Source of the DNA: Leptonemataceae bacterium | Lineage (GTDB): Bacteria; Spirochaetota; Leptospiria; Leptospirales; Leptonemataceae | Assembly (NCBI GenBank): GCA_965227295.1 | Contig: OZ245742.1 | Location: 2,848,001 to 2,912,000, forward strand | Length of the DNA: 64,000 bases | Reading direction: 5' to 3' | In this document: positions 28,281-37,611 of the stretch, piece by piece | Layout: each line of letters opens with the position of its first letter | How positions within the stretch are numbered: position 1 is the first letter of the stretch | The notes under the pieces: generated by a model | What the model saw: only the letters and a program-made list of their open reading frames with translations | Databases searched by the model: none | Told to the model about the DNA's origin: nothing | Translations under genes and position numbers: made by a program

Positions 28281-28550
28281 ATGGTCGGCATGCAGAATGC
28301 CGGTGTAGTTTGCAGTATTATGAAGGATGCACGCCGTTACGTGGTGTTAGCGTGGCAATCCAACAAAATCTGTCCGGTACGATTTCGGCTCGGCCTGCCG
28401 TATTTCGACGCCGAGAAGCCCACGCGCTTTCGTTCGCAAAACAAAGCCCGGAACGCCATCGCCGAAGCCCGGCGCTTGCGTCAGGAACGCGGGCTGGAGT
28501 TTGCCCCGCATCTGAAAATGCACTTCAAGATCGTCGAACGCTCCGCCTGA
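28281..28550 (+). CDS. Hypothetical basic protein
   Basis: Strong RBS AGGAGG and an AT-rich upstream region; no recognisable family. Confidence 0.6.
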   Translation: MVGMQNAGVVCSIMKDARRYVVLAWQSNKICPVRFRLGLPYFDAEKPTRFRSQNKARNAIAEARRLRQERGLEFAPHLKMHFKIVERSA

Positions 28551-28595
28551 TTCCGTGCCGCCTGTCACCGGTCGGTGACAAACCCGCCGCATCGT

Positions 28596-28868
28596 TTAAC
28601 CGTAGCGCAGCAACACAATCCCCAACAACAACGACAGACCGAGGGCCGGCCAGGGCGCGCCGTCGAATGCCGTGAGCCAGAACATGTGCACGAAGGCTGC
28701 CACCAGTAACGCCACAAAGAACCGGTCCCCCGGCGTACTTTCCAGCGGCAGCAGCCCGCGACGCGGGAGCGAAGGCGAACGCCACTGCCACACGGTCATC
28801 ATGGCAAGCATGAACACGATGCAACCGAAGAACAGCGCCGTGGGTACTGTAAACGCAATCCAGTTCAT
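28596..28868 (-). CDS. DUF2160 small membrane protein (GlpU-like, glycerol ABC system)
   Basis: WIAFTVPTALFF..MTVWQ..P..RRGLLPLESTPGDRFF pattern, directly downstream of a permease. Confidence 0.8.
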   Translation of the reverse strand: MNWIAFTVPTALFFGCIVFMLAMMTVWQWRSPSLPRRGLLPLESTPGDRFFVALLVAAFVHMFWLTAFDGAPWPALGLSLLLGIVLLRYG

Positions 28869-28892
28869 AATACCTGCGAAGCGTGCGGTTGC

Positions 28893-29693
28893 TTACACCC
28901 GCCCCAGGGCGAAGCCCTTTGCAATGTAGTTTCGCACGAACCAGATGACGATCGCGCCGGGAATGATCGTCAACACACCGGCCGCCGCGAGTACGCCCCA
29001 GTCCATGCCGGCCGCGCTGACCGTGCGCGTCATCGTCGCCACGATGGGTTTGGCCTCGACGGAGGTTAAGGTACGCGCGAGCAGGAGTTCCACCCACGAA
29101 AACATAAAACAAAAGAACATGGCCACGCCGACACCACTGCCGATCAACGGCAGGAGGATTTTCCCGAAGAAGCGGGGAAACGAGTAACCGTCGATGTACG
29201 CGGTCTCGTCGATCTCTCGCGGGATGCCGGAGATGAAACCTTCCAGGATCCACACGGCCAGCGGAACGTTGAACAACATGTGCGCCAGAGCCACGCCGAT
29301 GTGCGTGTCGAAGAGGCCGACGCTCGAATACAATTGAAAGAAGGGCAGTAGAAAAACGGCGGGCGGTGCCATGCGATTCGAAAGCAGCCAGAAGAAGAGG
29401 TGCCGGTCGCCCAGGAAACGATAGCGTGAGAAGGCGTACGCCGCCGGCAACGCCACGGCCACCGAGAGGATCGTATTCAGCAGGACGTAGGCGAGGCTGT
29501 TCAGGTAACTCCCGTACCAGGATGCGTCCGTAAAAATCAAAATGTAGTTCGCGAGCGTCGGTTCGTGGGGATACAGAGTAAAGTCGCCGGTAATCTCCGC
29601 GTTCGTTTTGAGCGACATGGTGATCAGCCAGTAGATCGGCACGATCAGCACGATGAAGTATGCCGTGAGAAGCGAGGCGCGGAGCTTCGACAT
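28893..29693 (-). CDS. Carbohydrate (glycerol-type) ABC permease 2
   Basis: PIYWLITMSLKT, EAA motif IPREIDETAYIDG, MDWGVLAAAG, RNYIAKGFALGRV. Confidence 0.9.
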   Translation of the reverse strand: MSKLRASLLTAYFIVLIVPIYWLITMSLKTNAEITGDFTLYPHEPTLANYILIFTDASWYGSYLNSLAYVLLNTILSVAVALPAAYAFSRYRFLGDRHLFFWLLSNRMAPPAVFLLPFFQLYSSVGLFDTHIGVALAHMLFNVPLAVWILEGFISGIPREIDETAYIDGYSFPRFFGKILLPLIGSGVGVAMFFCFMFSWVELLLARTLTSVEAKPIVATMTRTVSAAGMDWGVLAAAGVLTIIPGAIVIWFVRNYIAKGFALGRV

Positions 29694-29783
29694 GCCGCCC
29701 ATTCCGATCGACGGCCGCGGAATCGCAAGAACAAACGAATCCGCGGCACATCGGTCGGCTTAAATCGCGCCGCGCCGACCGCT

Positions 29784-31208
29784 TCAATCCACGGGCAAAC
29801 CGCCGGGCACGCTCGCCGGGATTTCTCCCGTAAGATCCAGCATGGCCGGGTCGGTCAGGCTCTGCAAGAAGGCCACGAGCTGCGCCTGCTCGTTCGCGTT
29901 CAAACCGAGGTTCGGCCGCACGAGGCGATCCCGCGCGTTGATGCGATCCTGAATGCGTCCGGCGTCCGTGTCCACCGTCGCGATGTAGTCATCGCGGCCG
30001 AGCTGCGCGGCGTCGTAGTTACGAATCCCGGCGTCAGTGTCGTTGTAATGCGCTACGACGGCGGCGAGGCTCGTGTAGGCGCCCGCGTGGGTATAGGGCG
30101 CCGTGAGTTCGATGTTGCGCAGCGGCGGTGTGCGAAACTCGTAGCGATCGCCGTTGTTGCCGGTCTCGTGAAAGCGACCCATGTCGTCGCCGCCGGATTT
30201 ACCCGGCCCCAATTGCGGCGCGGCGATGCCGTGAAAGTCGAAGTCGCTCAGCAGCGGACCTTCGTGGCAGTCTCCGCAACCGCCACGGCCGAAGAAGAGC
30301 AGGCCGCCGGCCTTCTGGTCGTTCGTCATGGCGAAGGTGTTGCCGGCGAGGAACTGATCAAACAACGTCGTGGTCGAAGTATAAGTATCCACCTCGAACG
30401 CGGCGATGGCCCGCGCGGCGTGACCGAAGTTGAAGTCGTCGTAATCCGTAACTTCCGGAAAGGCGGAGTGAAACAACGAGCGATACTCCGCAATGCCGCC
30501 GACGCTGCCGTTGGACGTTCCCACCAGCCGCGCCATGATCGCCGCCCACGCAGCCTCGTTGTCGGCGGCGTCGCGGATGTCGTTGCCGGGCTGACCGCGC
30601 ATCTCATCATCCGACGTAACCGGAAACATCGCCTGGGCTGCCAGCACCGATGTCAACTGCGCGGTGATGTCGCTGCGCGCAGGACTCGCCCCGTTCAACG
30701 CGGCCTCCGGTGTTGTTAACACGCCGCCGCTTAAACTTACGCGACCGTCCCAGAACGCGCGGTTGAATTCGCTGGCGCCCAGGTTGAAAAGCGCCGGTGC
30801 GTTGCGCGCGATCATTGCGGCGGAACCGCTCAGTTCCCGGGCCGCCCCGGTACCGGAACCGCCGGCCCCGATGGATGTCGGTAGATCGTCGCCGGTGGAC
30901 GCCGAGGGATGGTGGCACGTCGCGCACGAGATGTTTTGATCCCCGGACAGGATCTTATCAAAGAACAACGCCTTGCCGAGAGCGATCATCTCCGCGCTTT
31001 CGTTTTGCTGGATCGTCGGTGTCGATACGTTCGCATCGGCGGCCGCTGCCAGGAGTCGTGCGTCCAGCGGGTTCGTCACCGCACCCAGCAGCGCATTCAG
31101 AACGGCCGGGTTCAGATCATCGCCGTCGTCATTGCCGGAGCAACCTCCAGTCAGAGTTACCACAAACAGTGCGGCGACGAGAGACACAATTCTGCGTTTC
31201 GTTTGCAT
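29784..31208 (-). CDS. Di-heme cytochrome c peroxidase / MauG family lipoprotein
   Basis: CATCH and CGDCH heme motifs, LFFDKILS, RNAP, FWDGR, FRTPPLRNI..TAPY.HAG. Confidence 0.92.
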   Translation of the reverse strand: MQTKRRIVSLVAALFVVTLTGGCSGNDDGDDLNPAVLNALLGAVTNPLDARLLAAAADANVSTPTIQQNESAEMIALGKALFFDKILSGDQNISCATCHHPSASTGDDLPTSIGAGGSGTGAARELSGSAAMIARNAPALFNLGASEFNRAFWDGRVSLSGGVLTTPEAALNGASPARSDITAQLTSVLAAQAMFPVTSDDEMRGQPGNDIRDAADNEAAWAAIMARLVGTSNGSVGGIAEYRSLFHSAFPEVTDYDDFNFGHAARAIAAFEVDTYTSTTTLFDQFLAGNTFAMTNDQKAGGLLFFGRGGCGDCHEGPLLSDFDFHGIAAPQLGPGKSGGDDMGRFHETGNNGDRYEFRTPPLRNIELTAPYTHAGAYTSLAAVVAHYNDTDAGIRNYDAAQLGRDDYIATVDTDAGRIQDRINARDRLVRPNLGLNANEQAQLVAFLQSLTDPAMLDLTGEIPASVPGGLPVD

Positions 31209-31491
31209 GGGATATACGACCGACGGGGCTGCCGTTATGTGCGCTCATCGAGGACCATGCCGCGCGGCTCGGTCTCATTTTCCAGGAAACGGAATCCTGG
31301 TTCGGAAAGAGTTTTACGGAAATCCAACCCTTCGCGCTGCAAGTTTTCGTCCCCGGCGGCCCGCGGCCTGAAGCTTTTCAGTTGCTCTAATTTCTTCGTA
31401 CGGTAAGCTATGGCGCTTTGACAATGAATGTCAGCGGAGAACATTACTGAGAGTGGAATGTTCCGCACACAAATCCAGGAGAAACAATCCC

Positions 31492-31920
31492 ATGCGTATG
31501 AAAACCAACGGATCGATCTACGTCGCCGTTCTCGCCGCGGCCCTGCTGGCCTTCGGCAGCCTTGCGGCTCAGGACGCACCGAAATCCGAGCCGGCGTGCA
31601 AGCAGTGCCGGACGGACTTCAAGTCCTGCCGTGACAAAGCAAAGGCCGATCACCCGGGCAAAGACGGAGCCGAAGCTCGCCGGGAAGCCATTAAGGCCTG
31701 CCAGGAAACGAAGATGGCGTGCATTGCGCCGTGCAAAGAATGCAAGCAAATGTGCCGCGCCGACAAAAAAGAGCGCAAAGAACAGTGCCGCACGGACTTC
31801 AATCCGAAAGAGTGCCCCCAGGGCGACAAGGACTGCAAAAACATTCTGAAGCAAGAGCGCAAGAACTGCGTCGACGGAGTGAAAGCAACGGACTGTAACA
31901 ATCAGTGTCGCGTGCAATAA
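31492..31920 (+). CDS. Secreted cysteine-rich helical protein
   Basis: RBS AGGAG, signal peptide, 14 Cys, duplicated QCRTDF segment. Confidence 0.75.
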   Translation: MRMKTNGSIYVAVLAAALLAFGSLAAQDAPKSEPACKQCRTDFKSCRDKAKADHPGKDGAEARREAIKACQETKMACIAPCKECKQMCRADKKERKEQCRTDFNPKECPQGDKDCKNILKQERKNCVDGVKATDCNNQCRVQ

Positions 31921-31942
31921 GGCGCGGCCGCATCACTCACAC

Positions 31943-31974
31943 AAAACCGCCGGTGTTATGCCGGCGGTTTTTTA
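31943..31974. terminator. Bidirectional intrinsic terminator
   Basis: AAAACCGCCGG-TGTTATG-CCGGCGGTTTTTT between convergent genes. Confidence 0.88.
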
Positions 31975-31983
31975 TTGTACCGC

Positions 31984-34962
31984 TTACGGCCCGGTCCGCA
32001 CGCAGCGTGTGAAGTAGAGGTTCGTCTTCGCGCCCTCGATAATGGCATAGGCGCGACCTGTTCCGAAGTTGAAGACCTGAGCGTTGTTTACGCTGCCGAT
32101 GTAGGTCGTGGACGACCAGTAAAAGCCGCTCGGTCCACCGGCGTTCGCGGGGAACTCGGTCACGTTGATCAGAGTCGGCGGTCCGTTGGTCCACTCTACG
32201 ATCGACAGCAGCTCGCGAAAGTTCGGCAGGCGCCAGTCGGTGTGGCCGCCGTAGCTCAGGTTCTCGCAGACCTGCAGGGCCGCGGCCCAGTTCATGTCGT
32301 GGGTGGCCGCGACCGGCAACGTACAGGTACCACCGCCGGCATCGAGAACCGTTCCCGCGCCGTTGACACTGCACTTCGTCCACTTCAGATTCGAGGTGGA
32401 GTCGTACACCATGTAGTCGGTCGTGACGTTGCTGGTGGTGTAGTTCGGTGCCGGATACGCCGGGCCCGAAACGCACCGTGCCGTGCGGCTCGCGGAACCG
32501 ACGGGATCGTCCTGGATGCGCGGGTAGTTGCCGGCAATGTTGAACTGTTCGCCGCCCACCAGGCCGGAGGCGTCGGCGGTCCAATAGAACGTTCCGCCGG
32601 CCGTGCCGATAAAGAGGTTGGCCCCCGTATCCACGGCCGGGTTGGACAGGTTCAGGTTGTAGTGCATGAGTAACTCACGCGTGGTCGGCAGGCGCCAGGT
32701 CAGGCCGGCCGTGCCCAGGGCTGCGCACGAGGTCGAGGCGGTGGTCGGATCAACGGTTCCGATACTACCCACGCCGTTTTCAAAAATGAGACCGGTCGTA
32801 CTTTCCGTGACCGTGGTGTTGCCGTTCGTCGGCGTCAGCGTAAACGCTGCCGGCGTGTCCGTATAGTGTGCGTCCTGTCCGAAGGGATACGTAGCATCGC
32901 CCGGGACGTAGGCGCCGGCAGAACACGTGGCATCTGCGTTCCAGGTGCCCGGCGGCGATTCATAGAAGCAGGTGGTCTGTCCGGTATCCGGCAGCATCGA
33001 CGTGACCACGCCGTTCACGACCAGCGCCTTGTTCGCGCCCAGCGATCCAGCCGCGCCGGGCGATGCGAGCAGAACCGTGGCATCGTTACCTGCGGCATCC
33101 TGAATCATTGCCGGCGCTGTCACTACCAGTGCGTTCGACGCCTGGTAGTCGAGGTCCGCCGACGAATGGCCCACGGCGACGGTATAATCGAACTCGGCGG
33201 TATCGCCGCCGGTGGTCGTGGTATAGTTTACGGTGGCGTCGGTGGCCCCGGTTTCCAGGGTGATCGTTACCGAACCGCCGCCGACGGTTACGGTGATGGG
33301 TTCGCTGAACTGCACCTGTACGGTAATGGTTCCGCCGGCGCCGTATGTCGCGTCCGCCGTACTGGATGTTACGTTCGAAACGGTCGGCGGCACGCCGTCG
33401 ATGACGATGGCTTTGTTGTTGCCGAGGGACCCGGCCGCGGCCGGCGCGGGCAGCGTGAGCACGGCGTTGTTTGCGGAGCCGTCCTGAATCGTGCCGCCGT
33501 TGGCCACCAGGGCGGCGGTGCTGATGTAATCCAGGTCCGCGGCGACGTGCGGGTTCGCGACGGTAAACGTGAAGTTCATGGTGTCACCGCCGGTCACCGT
33601 GGTGAACGAGGCGTTCACGTCGGTGCCGCCGGTCTCCAGTGTAATGTACGGAGTTCCGCCGCCGGTGTTGACCGTGATGTTCTCGGTGAATTGTACCTGC
33701 ACGTTGATGACACTGCCGATGCCGTATGTCGCGTCCGCCGTCGTCGACGTTACGTTCGCGACAGTCGGTGCCGTGAAGTCGCCGGTGGTGTAGCCCGGGC
33801 TCTGGTTGAACGCCGCGCCGAGCGCGTTGCCGGCCGCATCCTGCGCCGCCGTCGTCACATTGATGCGGTACTCAATGAGATCGAGATGATTGCCCGCCGG
33901 CGTGAACGTATACGTGATGCTGTCGCTGGTGCTGACCGTGAAGCCCTTGCACGTTGCGAAACCCGGCCCGACCTGCACCTGAATTGACCCGACGCACGCG
34001 CCGTCCGAAGTCGCGCCGCCGATGGTGCCGTTGGTCATGGGTTCGCTGAATGTAACGCTGACCGTCTGGTTCAGCGCGATGCCGGAGGCGCTGCTGACGG
34101 GGCTGACGCTTACGACCGTGGGGCCGACCGTATCGTTGGAAGTCGCCGTGGTCTGCGCACCCGGGCCGGCGCCCGGCGCGAAGTTACCGGCGGTATCGTA
34201 GGCGAAGATGGTATAGCAGTACTGTTGACCATGGGTGAGACCGGTGTCCGTGAAGCTCGTACCGCCGCTGTTGTACACGACCGTGGCCGCGCCGTCGTTC
34301 GGATCGGTGGTGCACACGGCGCCGAGGACGCGCAGGACCCTGACACCGGCGAAGTCGGAGTCCGTGGGGTTCGTCCAGTTGACGTCGATGTCGCCGTTGG
34401 CCTGGGGCGCGGAGCCGGCCACGGTGACGTCCGCGGGCGCAGTGGTGTCCGCCGGGGCCGCAGTCGTAAACTCAAGGACCGTTTGCGCTCCCAGCGGCTG
34501 ACCGTCGATGCTGCTTACCGCGGCGGTGATGCGCAGCCGGTATGTTGTGTTTGACGCGAGATCCGCCAGGGGTTGAAACAGCAGGCGGGGATTCCGTGAA
34601 AGGTCCACCGACATGCCGACGCAGGACGCGAAATTGTCCGGGCTGAGCTGGATGCTTCCGCTGCAATCCCCGTCGCTGTCCTGGACGGTGACGGTGTTCG
34701 GGTCGACCTGGCGATTGAACTCCATCTCGACGTTGGAGTTGACCGCCACGTCGCTGGTGGAACTTGCCGGTGTTACGACCAGAATGGCGAACGTAACGTC
34801 GCCGAGGAAGGAAGATAGGAGCCAGAAAGCGGGCGAGCCCGGATCCGTAATGTCCGATGAGTTGCGCTTAAAGTAGAGACACTGTGTTGCAACGAGGAAA
34901 AGCAGTACCAGTCCCGCTAACATACGGGGAATTTTCCGTTGGGCTGTCTTGCGGATACTCAT
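31984..34962 (-). CDS. Surface protein with Ig-like/FN3 domains and two C-terminal DUF1566 (Lcl-type) domains
   Basis: Ig-like repeats (PTVxNVTSxTADATYG twice), LPDTGQTTC, WRLPTTRELL, WRLPNFRELL..YWSSTT..RCVR. Confidence 0.85.
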   Translation of the reverse strand: MSIRKTAQRKIPRMLAGLVLLFLVATQCLYFKRNSSDITDPGSPAFWLLSSFLGDVTFAILVVTPASSTSDVAVNSNVEMEFNRQVDPNTVTVQDSDGDCSGSIQLSPDNFASCVGMSVDLSRNPRLLFQPLADLASNTTYRLRITAAVSSIDGQPLGAQTVLEFTTAAPADTTAPADVTVAGSAPQANGDIDVNWTNPTDSDFAGVRVLRVLGAVCTTDPNDGAATVVYNSGGTSFTDTGLTHGQQYCYTIFAYDTAGNFAPGAGPGAQTTATSNDTVGPTVVSVSPVSSASGIALNQTVSVTFSEPMTNGTIGGATSDGACVGSIQVQVGPGFATCKGFTVSTSDSITYTFTPAGNHLDLIEYRINVTTAAQDAAGNALGAAFNQSPGYTTGDFTAPTVANVTSTTADATYGIGSVINVQVQFTENITVNTGGGTPYITLETGGTDVNASFTTVTGGDTMNFTFTVANPHVAADLDYISTAALVANGGTIQDGSANNAVLTLPAPAAAGSLGNNKAIVIDGVPPTVSNVTSSTADATYGAGGTITVQVQFSEPITVTVGGGSVTITLETGATDATVNYTTTTGGDTAEFDYTVAVGHSSADLDYQASNALVVTAPAMIQDAAGNDATVLLASPGAAGSLGANKALVVNGVVTSMLPDTGQTTCFYESPPGTWNADATCSAGAYVPGDATYPFGQDAHYTDTPAAFTLTPTNGNTTVTESTTGLIFENGVGSIGTVDPTTASTSCAALGTAGLTWRLPTTRELLMHYNLNLSNPAVDTGANLFIGTAGGTFYWTADASGLVGGEQFNIAGNYPRIQDDPVGSASRTARCVSGPAYPAPNYTTSNVTTDYMVYDSTSNLKWTKCSVNGAGTVLDAGGGTCTLPVAATHDMNWAAALQVCENLSYGGHTDWRLPNFRELLSIVEWTNGPPTLINVTEFPANAGGPSGFYWSSTTYIGSVNNAQVFNFGTGRAYAIIEGAKTNLYFTRCVRTGP

Positions 34963-35173
34963 GCCGATGGACTGTGAAACAGTTGGATATAGTATTGGAC
35001 GGCACTGCTACGGTACGGGCCATTACTTTTTGATGATCTTCGCCGTGCCCCCGGTTTTTCAGCGAAAAACACGAGAACTTTGATGTACGGGCGTATGATC
35101 CTGACGTTTTGCTTATGAATATTTGTGTTTTTGTAGGGTATTGTGCCCTATGCGGTAACTGGAAAGTTTGCAC

Positions 35174-36268
35174 ATGACAATGCACCTGAGAAAGGCCGGG
35201 CGGGTCGTCGACGGCGAGATGCATCTCGCCGATCTGGATCTCAGCCTCGAAGACGGCGGCTTTTACGTCGTGCTCGGGCAAACCCTGGCCGGCAAGACCT
35301 CGTTGTTGCGCGTTCTTGCGGGCCTGGACGCCGTCCACAGCGGCGAGTTCTTCGAAAGCAACGGATTAAGTTCCGAGAAAATAAACTTAGCAAACGTGGA
35401 TGTGCGGCGACGCAACGTGGCGTTCGTGTACCAGGCCTTTGTGAACTATCCGTCGCTCTCGGTCTTTGAAAACATTGCGTCACCGTTGCGCGTGGCCGGC
35501 GTTCCGGCGGAGGAACTCCAGGATCGCGTGCGCGCCGCGGCCCGGCTGCTCCATATCGAAGAGCTCCTGGATCGCCTGCCGGGCGAACTGAGCGGGGGCC
35601 AGCAGCAGCGTGTGGCCATCGCCCGGGCCCTGGTGAAACGGGCGCGCTTAACTTTACTCGATGAGCCCTTTGCGAACCTGGACTACAAGCTTCGGGAACG
35701 CCTGCGTCGGGAACTACGGACGATCTTTGCGCAGTCCTCGGCGCAGGGCGGTCGGCAGGAACAGGGCATTGCCGTGTACGCCACGTCGGACCCGGCGGAG
35801 GCGTTGATGTTTGGTGAACACGCCGGCTTGATTGTTCTCGACGCCGGGCGTATCGTCGCGCAGGGACCGGCGCTGGAGATCTACGAACGTCCGCCGAACC
35901 TGCGAGCCGCGGTCTTGCTCAGTGATCCGCCCATGAATCTGTTGCCGGTGCCGCAGGAATGGCGGGCGATTTTTTCCGGTGTCCACCAGTTTGGTGTCCG
36001 GGCGCACAAAATCCAACTGCGGCGCGGGCACGCGGTCGGGAGCAACGAAAATGAGTTGCGGCTACAGGGCACGGTGGACCTGGGCGAGGTGGGCGGTTCC
36101 GAAACTTTCGTGCATGTGAAGTTAACGGACGTCGCCTTTCCGGATGCCGGCTTGATCGTCCGCCTGGACGGGCCGGTGCATTTCGCCCTCGATGAGGCGG
36201 TGACGTGCGTTCTGAACCCTCGGTACCTTTTTCGTTTTCGGGAGGACGGGACGGCCTATGGACGATGA
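35174..36268 (+). CDS. ABC transporter ATP-binding protein (GlpS-like)
   Basis: Atypical Walker A GQTLAGKT, LSGGQQQR, LDEPFANLDYKLRE, H-loop YATSDP. Confidence 0.88.
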   Translation: MTMHLRKAGRVVDGEMHLADLDLSLEDGGFYVVLGQTLAGKTSLLRVLAGLDAVHSGEFFESNGLSSEKINLANVDVRRRNVAFVYQAFVNYPSLSVFENIASPLRVAGVPAEELQDRVRAAARLLHIEELLDRLPGELSGGQQQRVAIARALVKRARLTLLDEPFANLDYKLRERLRRELRTIFAQSSAQGGRQEQGIAVYATSDPAEALMFGEHAGLIVLDAGRIVAQGPALEIYERPPNLRAAVLLSDPPMNLLPVPQEWRAIFSGVHQFGVRAHKIQLRRGHAVGSNENELRLQGTVDLGEVGGSETFVHVKLTDVAFPDAGLIVRLDGPVHFALDEAVTCVLNPRYLFRFREDGTAYGR

Positions 36269-36515
36269 TTTTTCGAACAGCGGCTGGACGGAGAAGGGCC
36301 GCACGAACGTCTTCGACTGCGGCTGGTTCCGGGTGGATCGCCAGGACCGCGTGTCGCAGAGCAGCGGGGTGGAACACGATTTTTATTTGATCAAGACGGC
36401 GGACCGGGTGAACGTCATTCCCGTTCGCAGCGACGGTTGCGCTTTGATTCGCAACGGGGAAATCAACAACGCCATTGCCATCGCCGTCCTGCATCTCTGG
36501 CTGGCCGATCGCTGA
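36258..36515 (+). pseudogene. ADP-ribose pyrophosphatase-type NUDIX remnant with an in-frame deletion of the catalytic core
   Basis: The N-terminus (VFDCGWFRVD..HDFYLIKTADRVNVIPVRSDG) joins directly to the C-terminal helices (LIRNGEINNAIAIAVL). No Nudix box is present. Confidence 0.65.
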
Positions 36516-37508
36516 TTATGCCGTAACCACCCGGTTTTTGCCGCTCGCCTTGGCCGCATAGAGCGCGCGGTCCGCGTGGAGAAAAAGCTCCCCGGGGTCC
36601 GTGGCATGTTTGGGATACGCAGCAATGCCCGCGCTGATCGTAACATGGCCGTGGGCGAAAACGTGGGCGCCCATGCGTTCGACGACGCGCCGGGCCACCA
36701 GGGCGGCCTTTTCGGCGCCGGTCTCGGGCAGGATGGCGATGAACTCCTCGCCGCCGTACCGGCACGCCGTATCCTCGTCGCGCATGCTTTCTTTTAGAAT
36801 CTTCCCAACGTAACTTAAGATCTCGTCCCCGGCGGCGTGGCCGTGACGATCGTTGTACTGTTTGAAGTCGTCCACGTCGAACAAGACCAGGGCGAACTCG
36901 TGATTGTGACGATTCGCGCGATTGACCTCCCGGGCCAGGCTGCGGTCGAAGTAGCGCCGGTTGTAGAGCCCCGTGAGTTCGTCGGTGAGCGAGGAGCGCA
37001 TGACCTCGTCGAAGAGCGAGATCTCGATGACCTTGGGCGAACGCAGGATGCGGTTGCGGTCGATGAAGTAGTCCAGCATGGCCGTGCGGAAACTCACGCG
37101 CCGTTCGAGGCTGCTGCTCATCATCTCGCGGTGTTTTAGAATATTCTCCCAGTGTTCGAGGGCCTCTTCGGCGCTGAAGTCGTAGTGCACGAGAACGCGA
37201 AAGAGATCCGAGTAAAAATCCTCGCCGGAGCTGCGGCGCAGCGCTTCCAGTTCCTGGAGGATGGCCGTTTCGTTGTTCGTGTCCTCGGAGAGGATCGTCT
37301 TGATGCGTTCTTCCAGGGGGATGTCGCCGGTCTTCAGCTCGTCGATTTCCCGATAGAGGCGTTTCATCTCCTCGCGCGACAGGTCCTGGACGCGTTCGTG
37401 GGCCTCCAGCATGCGGTCGGCTTCGAGCAATTCCTCGCGGCTGTAGAGGGTCAGCTTCTCGTACGCGTCGATGATCCGCTGTAGTCGATCGATTTCGGCC
37501 CTGGACAT
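36516..37508 (-). CDS. Diguanylate cyclase
   Basis: TDELTGLYNRR, DVDDFKQYND.HGH..GD, RYGGEEF, ADRALYAAK. Confidence 0.93.
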   Translation of the reverse strand: MSRAEIDRLQRIIDAYEKLTLYSREELLEADRMLEAHERVQDLSREEMKRLYREIDELKTGDIPLEERIKTILSEDTNNETAILQELEALRRSSGEDFYSDLFRVLVHYDFSAEEALEHWENILKHREMMSSSLERRVSFRTAMLDYFIDRNRILRSPKVIEISLFDEVMRSSLTDELTGLYNRRYFDRSLAREVNRANRHNHEFALVLFDVDDFKQYNDRHGHAAGDEILSYVGKILKESMRDEDTACRYGGEEFIAILPETGAEKAALVARRVVERMGAHVFAHGHVTISAGIAAYPKHATDPGELFLHADRALYAAKASGKNRVVTA

Positions 37509-37611
37509 GGGTGAATTCTACGGAAGCCGCAGATGCACGCAAGCGTTTCCCGTTGCAAAAATGAAGGGGAGCGGTACGAATGTACGAATTCTTCTCGAAG
37601 CCTTGTTTGTT

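Noticed and set aside
31492..31920. Multiheme cytochrome
   Set aside because: The CxxC motifs are followed by R or K, not H.
31984..34962. Complete DGR locus
   Set aside because: No reverse transcriptase, accessory gene or template repeat is visible in the window.
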